DNA of 64,000 nucleotides from an uncultured Verrucomicrobiae bacterium (lineage in GTDB: Bacteria; Chlamydiota; Chlamydiia; Chlamydiales; Rhabdochlamydiaceae): assembly GCA_963806855.1 (NCBI GenBank), contig CAWDYW010000001.1, positions 192,001-256,000 on the forward strand, given 5' to 3'. Positions 8,828 through 17,267 of the stretch are shown here, piece after piece. Numbering within the stretch: position 1 is the first letter of the stretch; each line of letters starts with the position of its first letter. A model generated the notes under the pieces. That model saw only the letters and a program-made list of their open reading frames with translations. It had not been told where the DNA came from and ran no database searches. The position numbers and the translations under genes are program-made.

Positions 8828-11404
8828 ATGCATTTTTTGAAATTTGCGCTCTTGCTGATCACCGTTTGCGGGTTTGCTCAAGAAGGGATTAATCTAAAAC
8901 GAAGAGAGCCCACTTGGCGCCCTAAGATTGTCGAGTATTTCAATGAGGGGATCCCCAAAACCGTTATCTTCTATGAAGAAACCGATGACCAAAAAGAAAT
9001 CCCGATGAAGCAATTACAATATTATCCCAGTGGGCAGCTGCGCAGTGAGATGGATATGATTGCCGTCGAAGAGGGCTCTGCAGGCCATGAGGCATGGAAG
9101 AATACGGTCGTCCCCCATGGAGCGAGCATCACATTTTATACCGATGGAAAAGTGGAAAAAATGGCCCAATTCGATCGGGGTCTACTAAATGGAGAAGTGC
9201 AGGCCTATTATCCCAATGGAAAATTGCAAGCCGTTTCGATTTATAAACAAGGACTGCAGCATGGCAAATCGGTCAGCTATTACGACGATGGCAAGAAAGC
9301 TGAAGAGGCCATATTTGAGAATGGAAAAGTGCAAGGCGATTTAGTCCACTACTATCCCAATGAACAGCGGGCCTTTTCAATCCCCCATGTCGATGGCATG
9401 CGCAGTGGAACAGCTTTGGAGTGGCATCAAAATGGGGCTCTTAAGGCCAGCCGCCGCTATGAGAAAGGGGTGCTCAGTTCCGATGGGCGCAATCCGGCAT
9501 TTGTCGCCTACGATGAAAACCGGAACATGGTCGCCGTCCAAGACTTTCAAAATGGACAGCCGATCGGATCGCTTATCAAATACCATCCCAATGGAAAAGA
9601 GAGCTATAAAGTCCGTTTCCGCGATGGAAAAATGCAAGGGGCCGAACAATATTTTGCCGAAGATGGAAAACAAATTGGCGAGGGGGAATACGCTCTTGGG
9701 ATTCCACAAGGGACTCATTGGCGCAACCACCCCAATGGAAAACCTGCTTTTAGCGCTAAGTACAATCAAGATGGAGAGCTGCTCGAGCCGATTATCAAGT
9801 ACAATGCTGAAGGGCAAAAAATTGCCCAGTATTTCCTGATTAAAGATCAGCGCGATGGCGATTATTGCGAGTGGTATGACAATGGGAAAGTCAAAGTCAA
9901 GTATCACTATATCAATGGAAAATTAGATGGAGAGCAACTTGAATACTTCCCCAATGGGCAGTGCAAAATGCATGTCGTCTATAAAGATAACCAGCGCGAT
10001 GGCCTTTATGAAGAGTGGTACGAAAATGGAAAACTCGCCATCAGCGTGCAATATGTAAATGGAGAAAAGAATGGCTTGAGCCGCCGCTTCTATGAAGATG
10101 GCAAGCCCCATTTTGAGGAGTACTTTGCCTCTGATAAACATGATAAAGAACAAAAAGAATGGCATCCCAATGGCAAGCTGAAGTTTCAAGGGACGTTTGC
10201 GGAAGGGAAAAAAGACGGGCGCCACCAGCAATGGAATGAAGATGGGGTGATTGTCTTTGACGGCAACTATAAAGGCGATCTGCCCGATGGCTGCATCCGC
10301 ACCTTCTTCGATAAAAATAAACCGCATGAAGTGGTCAATTTTAAAGAGGGTAAGCGAGAAGGAAAAGCCGAAGAATACTATGAAAATGGAAAACTCAAAA
10401 CCCTCGCCTTCTACAAAGACGATAAACTGGATGGAGAGGTTAAAGGGTGGTATGAAGAGGGATCATTGCGTCTTTCCAAATGCTACTCGATGAACAACCC
10501 CGTTAAAGAGCACAAAGAGTTCTATCCACCTAAGGAAGGGGAAAAAGAGGGGGCGCTCGCCCGCATTTTCCGCTATGCCGGCGATGGACAATTCCAAGGG
10601 GAACAAATCAGTTACTACCCAAATGGTGCCACGCAGACCTCGCTGAACTATAAGGATGGCCAGCTCCATGGTTTAAAAGCCCTTTGGAACGACGAGGGAG
10701 AGCTACTGGAAGAGGCCTGGTATGCCCATGGAAAACTCGACGGACGCTTTTTTGAGCGGGGACAGGATGGCCGCGAAGTGATCTTCCAATACAAAAATAA
10801 CAAGAAGAATGGACTCCACGAGATCTACTATCCCCCCAACCAATTTTTCGGCCGGGTGAAGGGATTTGAGGTCAACTATGTGAACGATCTACCTGAAGGT
10901 GAAGCGATTGAGTTTAATCAAGCTGGGGCAAAATTGACCGTTACCCAATTCAAAGCGGGTAAAAAAGAGGGGACTGCGACTGTTTACACAGAGAAAGGAA
11001 AAATCGCGGCGACATTCGAATTTAAGGACGATAAGCGCAATGGCCCAGGTAGGGAATATCATCCCAATGGAAAGCTACTACGCGAGGTCAACTATATGGG
11101 TGACCTCAAGGTGGGGGAAGAGAAGTGCTATTATGACAATGGCAAACTCGCCGCCGTGGCTATCTATAATAAAAATGGGGAGAAGGACGGTCTATACCAA
11201 GAGTGGAATAAGGATGGTGTGATCGTTTTTGAAGGGGAATTCAAAAATGGACTGCGTCATGGAAAGCTCAATAAGTACTATGACAACGGCAATCCCAAAA
11301 TCCTTCAAACCTTCGTCGATGACAAGCTCAACGGCGTGAAGAAGGCCTACGATGCGAAAGGGAACGTAAGCGAAACAAAATACGACATGGGCAAGAAACT
11401 CTGA
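8828..11404 (+). CDS. secreted MORN-variant repeat protein (YwqK-like repeats)
   Basis: Signal peptide followed by many [YW]x[PED]NG..K....Y..G..xG repeats over 858 aa. Confidence 0.85.
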   Translation: MHFLKFALLLITVCGFAQEGINLKRREPTWRPKIVEYFNEGIPKTVIFYEETDDQKEIPMKQLQYYPSGQLRSEMDMIAVEEGSAGHEAWKNTVVPHGASITFYTDGKVEKMAQFDRGLLNGEVQAYYPNGKLQAVSIYKQGLQHGKSVSYYDDGKKAEEAIFENGKVQGDLVHYYPNEQRAFSIPHVDGMRSGTALEWHQNGALKASRRYEKGVLSSDGRNPAFVAYDENRNMVAVQDFQNGQPIGSLIKYHPNGKESYKVRFRDGKMQGAEQYFAEDGKQIGEGEYALGIPQGTHWRNHPNGKPAFSAKYNQDGELLEPIIKYNAEGQKIAQYFLIKDQRDGDYCEWYDNGKVKVKYHYINGKLDGEQLEYFPNGQCKMHVVYKDNQRDGLYEEWYENGKLAISVQYVNGEKNGLSRRFYEDGKPHFEEYFASDKHDKEQKEWHPNGKLKFQGTFAEGKKDGRHQQWNEDGVIVFDGNYKGDLPDGCIRTFFDKNKPHEVVNFKEGKREGKAEEYYENGKLKTLAFYKDDKLDGEVKGWYEEGSLRLSKCYSMNNPVKEHKEFYPPKEGEKEGALARIFRYAGDGQFQGEQISYYPNGATQTSLNYKDGQLHGLKALWNDEGELLEEAWYAHGKLDGRFFERGQDGREVIFQYKNNKKNGLHEIYYPPNQFFGRVKGFEVNYVNDLPEGEAIEFNQAGAKLTVTQFKAGKKEGTATVYTEKGKIAATFEFKDDKRNGPGREYHPNGKLLREVNYMGDLKVGEEKCYYDNGKLAAVAIYNKNGEKDGLYQEWNKDGVIVFEGEFKNGLRHGKLNKYYDNGNPKILQTFVDDKLNGVKKAYDAKGNVSETKYDMGKKL

Positions 11405-12203
11405 TACCCATAAGTTTGGTATAACTTTTTGAGGTTAATATAGACATGTCGGGTGACACAGCACTTCGTGTCCGGTGTCCCCCGCGACCCCCTTGAGCCT
11501 CACCTCGCTTCGCCAAATCGCGTCCTCGTCGGGAGAGTGGACGGAGTCCTACCCTCCCACGCCCCACCCTCCAGACTCCACTGAACCCTAACCCTATTTC
11601 TCTAAACTCTCATTTGTGCGGGTTCAATAAAGTCTAGGGGTGTGGTGCTCTCCTGCGGGTACGATTTTGCTTTGCGATCTGAGTCCTCGGGCTGCTCACG
11701 CGCTCATTCCCCGCCGGGACTCCGTCCTTTTTCGACGGGAGCCCTTTCGCGTCAGTTCACAGAACCATACAAAAAAAGTCTGCCGACTTGCCCTCATTCT
11801 GCAAACCGAAAACAGTGTGTTTTTCCTTTTTAAATTGGTTCTGCGAGGCGACGCGAAAGGGCTCCCGCCGAAAGAGGACGGAGTCCCGGCGGGAATGAGC
11901 GCTCGAGCAGCCAATGGACTCAGATCGCAATGCAAAATCGCACCCGCAGGAGAGCCCGCACTCCCGGATTTCAATGAACCCATGGATAAGTTTGTTATTA
12001 GTTGGGTATGGGTTCATGGAAATCGGGAGAGTGGGGCGTGGGAGGGTAGGACTCCGTCCACTCTCCCGACGAGGACGCGATTTGGCGAAGCGAGGTGAGT
12101 ACCTAGGGGGTCGCGGGGGACACCGGACACGAAGTGCTGTGTCACCCGACATGTCTATATTAACCTCAAAAAGTTATGCCAAACTTATGGGTAATAGGAT
12201 GCG
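11405..12203. repeat. nested-palindrome (cruciform) element, copy 1
   Basis: Outer IR 11405-11567/12031-12193, inner IR 11647-11767/11836-11955, 68-bp core, two side hairpins. A second copy lies at ~23079-23899. Confidence 0.92.
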
Positions 12204-12233
12204 CTCGCGGCAACGAAATTTATTGATAAACAC

Positions 12234-12267
12234 AAAAGCGCCAAGCCTTTGGAGCTTGGCGCTTTTT
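12234..12267. terminator. bidirectional intrinsic terminator
   Basis: AAAAGCGCCAAGC-CTTTGGA-GCTTGGCGCTTTTT. Confidence 0.85.
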
Positions 12268-12289
12268 GGTATTAGCCATGGAATGGCAA

Positions 12290-12493
12290 CTATTCTTCGT
12301 CGTCGAGAACTCGGACATCTTTAGCTACAGGGCCTTTCTTCCCTTCGCCAATTTCAAACTCAACGGCTACTCCTTTATCTAAAGCGCCCACGCTCACATC
12401 TGTTTTGTGAACAAAAAATTCTTTTCCTGAGTTTGATACGATGAACCCATAGTTCTTTTCTTGGTCGTACCATTTAACCTTGCCTCTTTCCAT
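12290..12493 (-). CDS. csp: cold-shock protein
   Basis: GKVKWY..KNYGFI (RNP1), FFVH (RNP2), GKKGPVA. Confidence 0.92.
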   Translation of the reverse strand: MERGKVKWYDQEKNYGFIVSNSGKEFFVHKTDVSVGALDKGVAVEFEIGEGKKGPVAKDVRVLDDEE

Positions 12494-12497
12494 ACAA

Positions 12498-12983
12498 TTA
12501 ACTTTCCTTCTGTATACGGTGTTGTAATGTGCTTTCTATATATTTGGGAACGAAATCTTTTAATGAAGCGCCATTAGAGGCGAGTTCGCGGATGAGGGTG
12601 GAGCTGATGTGTAAGGCTCCATCTTCAGCCATTAAAAAAAAGGTTTCGATCCCACTAAGCTTTCGGTTAGCCTGCGCCATTTGCATTTCATAATCCACAT
12701 CACTTGAAGAGCGCAATCCTCTAAGAAGAGCATTTGCACCTATCTGTTTTGCAAAATTGACGACAAGCCCAGAAAAGCTGACGATTTCGACATTTTTCAA
12801 AGAGGAAGCCTCATGCTTGAGTGCTTCAATACGCTCTTCGACTGTCAAAATCGATTTGGTTTTGCTTAAGTTTTTCCCAATCCCTACCACGAGGTGATCA
12901 CATAGACCCGACCCACGCTTTATGAGCATCAGATGCCCTAGCGTAGGGGGATCGAACGTGCCTGGAAAAAGGAGCTTAAACAT
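12498..12983 (-). CDS. coaD: pantetheine-phosphate adenylyltransferase
   Basis: FPGTFDPPTLGH, RGLRSSSD..YE, ISSTLIRE. Confidence 0.95.
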   Translation of the reverse strand: MFKLLFPGTFDPPTLGHLMLIKRGSGLCDHLVVGIGKNLSKTKSILTVEERIEALKHEASSLKNVEIVSFSGLVVNFAKQIGANALLRGLRSSSDVDYEMQMAQANRKLSGIETFFLMAEDGALHISSTLIRELASNGASLKDFVPKYIESTLQHRIQKES

Positions 12984-13023
12984 TCTAGAAATTGTAACCG
13001 AAGTCAGGATAAATTTCAATATC

Positions 13024-13190
13024 TATACCACGACTCGCCCAAAAATGTGAATTTGGACCGCGCCAAAGCCTCGGGGTTCAACTGTTTTTCCGAGGGTTGT
13101 ATATATTCGATACTACCCTCGGAAAAACAGTTGAACCGCGAGAGCTTTCGCGTGGGTCCAAATTCACACTTTTGGGCGAGTCGTGGTATA
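13024..13190. repeat. ~167-bp imperfect palindrome
   Basis: TATACCACGACTCGCCCAAAA...TTTTGGGCGAGTCGTGGTATA with centre GGGTTGTAT-N7-ATACTACCC. Confidence 0.9.
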
Positions 13191-13358
13191 ACCTGAACTT
13201 TGGGTTTGCTCTCCTCAGAATCAGGAGAGATTTTCGATGAAATTGACTTTGCTTTTTCGAAAATCATAGCCGAAGGCACTATTTTTGAGAAAAAGCAAAG
13301 TCAATTTCGCGAAAAGATCCCTGAGGCTAAAGCGAGATGAACCCGAAGTTCAGGTTAT
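13188..13358. repeat. ~171-bp imperfect palindrome abutting the previous one
   Basis: ATAACCTGAACTT...AAGTTCAGGTTAT; inner GAAATTGACTTTGCTTTTTC/GAAAAAGCAAAGTCAATTTC; apex GCC-GAA-GGC. Confidence 0.88.
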
Positions 13359-13426
13359 CTAGATAAATCTTTACGAATATTCCAAAAAAGGTTTAAGATG
13401 ACCCCCCTAACAAAGGAAAAAATTTA

Positions 13427-13777
13427 ATGAGTACAGCATTACAACCAAGACCACAGAATATTGCCCGTTTAGAAGACTCTCCTGCCCATGGATTCATGAT
13501 AGAACTCAAGACTCTGAAACAGTCAGCTGGTGCGTCGAAAGAGCAATTTGTCGATCTCTTCAAACGATGGGTAGAATGGTTGAGCCAATGTGATCAGGAG
13601 AATGATCCTCGCGGTTATGGGGCTTCGGTTACGTTAGTTTTTTCTGTGTTCCACTGGGCTCAGCAGAAGATTTCTTCAGAGGAGAAGAAGGGGCTTGAAA
13701 AATGGGCCGCCGCGGTAATCAAAAGTGTGCCGAATATCGATCCATTACGTGCTGAGTTCCTCAAAAAGTATGAATAA
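13427..13777 (+). CDS. hypothetical protein
   Basis: 116-aa ORF with AAGGA RBS, no recognisable motif. Confidence 0.6.
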   Translation: MSTALQPRPQNIARLEDSPAHGFMIELKTLKQSAGASKEQFVDLFKRWVEWLSQCDQENDPRGYGASVTLVFSVFHWAQQKISSEEKKGLEKWAAAVIKSVPNIDPLRAEFLKKYE

Positions 13778-15134
13778 AATCGCCGGCGAGATCCCGTTTT
13801 CTGCTCTTTTTTTTGCCCGCTTTGGGGATCAGGTCAACGAAGGCTTCACCTAAGGCTTGCTTGTCTGGCGTTTTGACAATACCCTCTTCATTCATCTTGC
13901 CGAATCCATATTTCATCATCGTTTTAAAGTCTTGCTCAGTATGGTTGAGGGCATCTAGTTGATTATAAGCTTCAGTCAAACGCCCTTCAACCTCGGTGAT
14001 CGCATTCGTAAACTGCTCCTCGGAATCGGTTGGGATTTGCAAATGGTTTTGACCCAATTCAAAGTATAAGGCATACCGGTTAGCCTGAATCTCTCGCAAT
14101 ACAGTGGGCGACTGGGTGTTTTTTAAATAATCCTTAAAATCTTTAAGAGAAGCGGTTCCAGATGGTTTTGGTTTTATAAAACGGGCCTTGTGTGCAGCCA
14201 GGTAGTTGTCGACTGCTGCTAAGTAGGCTTCAAAGGCATCATCGGTGATCCCATGACTGAGGGTCTTTTGACAGGCAATCATCGCATTCCAGGCCTCATG
14301 AAGGTTATCTAAGTGGTTTAGATCTTCGTTTAAGTTTCGGATCGCTGTCGTCACAAATTGCCGATATCCCTCTTGGAGCTTGAGAGTTGCCTCAACTGGG
14401 GTTTTCTTCTCTAAGCGACACTCTGCATCCAATGCATCTTCCAATTCCCGCATTTCACGTTCTGCCGAAGAATCGAAATGATTGCAAAAGTCAGGATTTA
14501 CAAAAACGGCGCCCCGTTGCAGTTCTACAGAGGTCCCAGAGAAGGTCATTCTCTTCTCTCGAGGGGTCAATATCGAAGCAAGCCGATCAATGATGGCAAG
14601 GCGATCTGTTTGATTTTCAGAATTTAAATGTTTAATTTCTTTTTTTGATAAATCAAAGCGTCTAGTAAGGTAGCCGCGATATGCTGGGTCTAATTGATTA
14701 AAGCCCCTCTCAAGTACTGCACTTCTAACAACTTCGAAGATGTCATCGTAGAGTTTACAAGAAAAGGCTGCATGCGCTGCATGGCAACGGCCCTCGCAAT
14801 GCGCAGAACTGCCATTGATATGGGTCTTGCCTCTGGTTGTGATGCAGTTAAATGCGTAAGTCTCAGCAAAACGAGATAGGGAAAAAAAGAGGCGGGCTCG
14901 GACCTTCTCAAAGACATGGGCGGTATTGATTGTTGTGCAATCGTGTTCGTCTCTAATCCGAGAAGCCGTTTCGTATTTGTTCACCACTCTTCGCGCTTTC
15001 CGCGGCGTCGGTGCTTCTAGAGATTTTTGAGTCTGCACGTTTGTTGTTTCGCGCAACCAGGGTTTCGAGGGAGCTTGGCGCGGTGGGGTTCGCGGGGATT
15101 CGGGTGTTGCAAGATGGATGGAGTCGATCATCAT
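13761..15134 (-). CDS. hypothetical protein, putative secreted effector (paralog of 15228-16652)
   Basis: Disordered S/T/P-rich N-terminus, Cys/His cluster shared with the neighbour, basic C-terminus KKKSRKR. Confidence 0.7.
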   Translation of the reverse strand: MMIDSIHLATPESPRTPPRQAPSKPWLRETTNVQTQKSLEAPTPRKARRVVNKYETASRIRDEHDCTTINTAHVFEKVRARLFFSLSRFAETYAFNCITTRGKTHINGSSAHCEGRCHAAHAAFSCKLYDDIFEVVRSAVLERGFNQLDPAYRGYLTRRFDLSKKEIKHLNSENQTDRLAIIDRLASILTPREKRMTFSGTSVELQRGAVFVNPDFCNHFDSSAEREMRELEDALDAECRLEKKTPVEATLKLQEGYRQFVTTAIRNLNEDLNHLDNLHEAWNAMIACQKTLSHGITDDAFEAYLAAVDNYLAAHKARFIKPKPSGTASLKDFKDYLKNTQSPTVLREIQANRYALYFELGQNHLQIPTDSEEQFTNAITEVEGRLTEAYNQLDALNHTEQDFKTMMKYGFGKMNEEGIVKTPDKQALGEAFVDLIPKAGKKKSRKRDLAGDFIHTF

Positions 15135-15227
15135 AGTCGGTGCCTAAATGGTAAAGCAGTTGCATATGACGTATATTTAAAGAAAAAGAATAATTAATTC
15201 ATAGATAAAATATGGATTTGCCGGATT

Positions 15228-16652
15228 TTAATTTTTTCTTGATGGAAATACCGAACAGAACACTTCTCCAATTCGTTCTTTATCAGGAAGTTGCATCACT
15301 CCATCTTTATCCTTTTTCCCATAGGAGTATTTTAACAACCTCTCGATGTCTGCTGGTGTGTTGTATAAGCCATCTAGTTGAAAATAGGCTTCGGTTAACC
15401 GTCTTTCTATAGACTCTCTAGCTGCGAGGAATTGGGCGGCAGAATCAGTTGGTATCTGCAAGTGGTGCTCACTTAATTCAAAATAGTCTCGCGATTTGTT
15501 GTTTCGTAGTTCATTTAGCACATACCTAGGCTGAGTATCGACCAGGTATTTTTTTAGGACAGTTAATCGGGGAGTTCCAGATAATCGATCTTTGAAACGG
15601 GCCTTAAAAGCTTTGAGATAACGATCTACAGCGGGAAGGTAGCTCTTAAAATCATCAGATTGTTGCTTGGCGATCATATCATCCCATGCTTCTTGCAGAT
15701 CATCGAGTCTGTTTAGATCGGGTTTTAAGTGATCAATGGCAACGAGTACTAAACGACGATATTCATCTTGTAATTGTATAAGAGCTTCGACGGGTGTCAG
15801 CTCCCCTGTGCGACATTTTTCCGCGAGCTGATCCTCGAGAGGGCGCAGGGTGGCTTCTAAATAAATGTCAAAGCGGTTGCAGTCGATGGGATTGTCGTAG
15901 ATCCCAGCCCTTTCCAGCTCTACTGAAGTTCCAATAAACGAGCTTCTCTTTTGTGGTTCTGACAACGAATTGATTTTCTTTTCTAGGATACGCACTCTAT
16001 CTGGAGAGTTGAGTTGACGTTCAGATAAGTTAAATCGTGATGTTAAATAACGTTGATAGTTAGGTTCTAGCTCTGAAAACTTCTTAATTTTCAGAGTCTC
16101 TAAGGCTATCTGCAGGATATTGTCATTGAGCTTGCATGATAAGGCGGCGTGAGCTGATTGGCAACCTCCACAGCTTGAATGGGCCCCATTTAGATGGGTT
16201 TTTCGCCTCTCAGTTTTACAATGGAATATACTAGCGAGCTCAAAACGATTGAGAGAGTGCATCTGACGGGCGAAAACTTTGGCCGTGGTGATTGCTCCAT
16301 TGACCATTTTGCAATTATGCTCTGCCCGAATTTCGCTTCCCGTGCTATTTAGGGGAACCAGGCCTCGAGACTTGGTAGGTGTCTGATAGGAAGCTTTAGA
16401 TGCTTGAGATTTCTTCTTTGTCTGTGTTCGGAATTTATAGGGGGTATTGTTTTTCCCTGAACTAGGGGTATGTTGGATACTGCGGTTGGCCAATTTGGGG
16501 GTATAAGGGGAGGGAGTTTTTGCGGTGGTCTTCTTGGCGACAGCGGACACTTTGCGGGCAGGGGTATTTTCCATATTGGGTCGATTAGTTGCATCCCCCA
16601 ATGGGTAAGTGCCTGAAGAAGAGGTGGATGACGCTTTAATTCCTAAAGACAA
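15228..16652 (-). CDS. hypothetical protein, putative secreted effector (paralog of 13761-15134)
   Basis: Shared blocks KTH[IL]NG, AHAA.SCKL.D, GTSVEL.R, CN.FD, HLQIPTDS, RLTEAY.QLD; TTG start. Confidence 0.7.
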   Translation of the reverse strand: MSLGIKASSTSSSGTYPLGDATNRPNMENTPARKVSAVAKKTTAKTPSPYTPKLANRSIQHTPSSGKNNTPYKFRTQTKKKSQASKASYQTPTKSRGLVPLNSTGSEIRAEHNCKMVNGAITTAKVFARQMHSLNRFELASIFHCKTERRKTHLNGAHSSCGGCQSAHAALSCKLNDNILQIALETLKIKKFSELEPNYQRYLTSRFNLSERQLNSPDRVRILEKKINSLSEPQKRSSFIGTSVELERAGIYDNPIDCNRFDIYLEATLRPLEDQLAEKCRTGELTPVEALIQLQDEYRRLVLVAIDHLKPDLNRLDDLQEAWDDMIAKQQSDDFKSYLPAVDRYLKAFKARFKDRLSGTPRLTVLKKYLVDTQPRYVLNELRNNKSRDYFELSEHHLQIPTDSAAQFLAARESIERRLTEAYFQLDGLYNTPADIERLLKYSYGKKDKDGVMQLPDKERIGEVFCSVFPSRKN

Positions 16653-16739
16653 TATAATTCCTTCAATTAATTATTTTAAATTATACATTAAAGTGAATTA
16701 AATGGCAATTAATTTGAATTATATGTATTAATAATTTTA

Positions 16740-17267
16740 TTAAGCGCCAAGGAAATAGATGGTTGTGTCGCCGAAGTGTCTGACATCGAGGGTCTTAAGG
16801 CTAGAAGCTTCCATGATAGCTCTTTTACTCTGCTCTAAGACGATAAGCCCCCCGGGGGCTAAAAGGGGTGGAATTTCCCCTAGAAGGGAGCCGATCTTGA
16901 GGGTATAGGGTGGGTCGATATAGATGATATCAAATTGCTTCCCCTCTTTAATCAGTCGTTTGACCGCGCTCCAAGCATCCATCTGGAGGACGATCGCTTC
17001 GATTTGGAGAGCCAAGAGGTTCTCTTTGATGCACATAGCTGCCCCACGATCTTTCTCGACGAAAACGGCTGTGGAGGCCCCGCGGGAAAGGGCTTCGATT
17101 CCCATGCTGCCGCTGCCTGCAAAGAGGTCGAGGAAGCTCTTCCCTTCGATCTGATTTTGGAGGATGTCGAAGATCGATCCGCGCAATTTGGCGGATGTGG
17201 GGCGGGTTGAATCCCCTTTGGGCATCTTGAGGACCCGATTTTTATAAAGGCCTGAAATTATTCTCAT
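16740..17267 (-). CDS. rsmD: 16S rRNA m2G966 methyltransferase
   Basis: MRIISG, TRPTS, LDLFAGSGSMGIEALSRG, DPPY. Confidence 0.95.
   Translation of the reverse strand: MRIISGLYKNRVLKMPKGDSTRPTSAKLRGSIFDILQNQIEGKSFLDLFAGSGSMGIEALSRGASTAVFVEKDRGAAMCIKENLLALQIEAIVLQMDAWSAVKRLIKEGKQFDIIYIDPPYTLKIGSLLGEIPPLLAPGGLIVLEQSKRAIMEASSLKTLDVRHFGDTTIYFLGA

Noticed and set aside
8828..11404. RHS/YD toxin or true toxin-antitoxin component
   Set aside because: The repeats are MORN-variant. There is no RHS core end motif, toxic C-terminal domain or adjacent immunity/toxin gene.
11328..12324. Several 60-150 aa ORFs on both strands over the cruciform element (also 22833-23678)
   Set aside because: They are mirror-image translations of GC-rich inverted repeats with no RBS or domain, and their frames are not preserved between copies
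13016..13279. 87-aa ORF across the two palindromes
   Set aside because: Lies entirely within inverted repeats; no coding evidence
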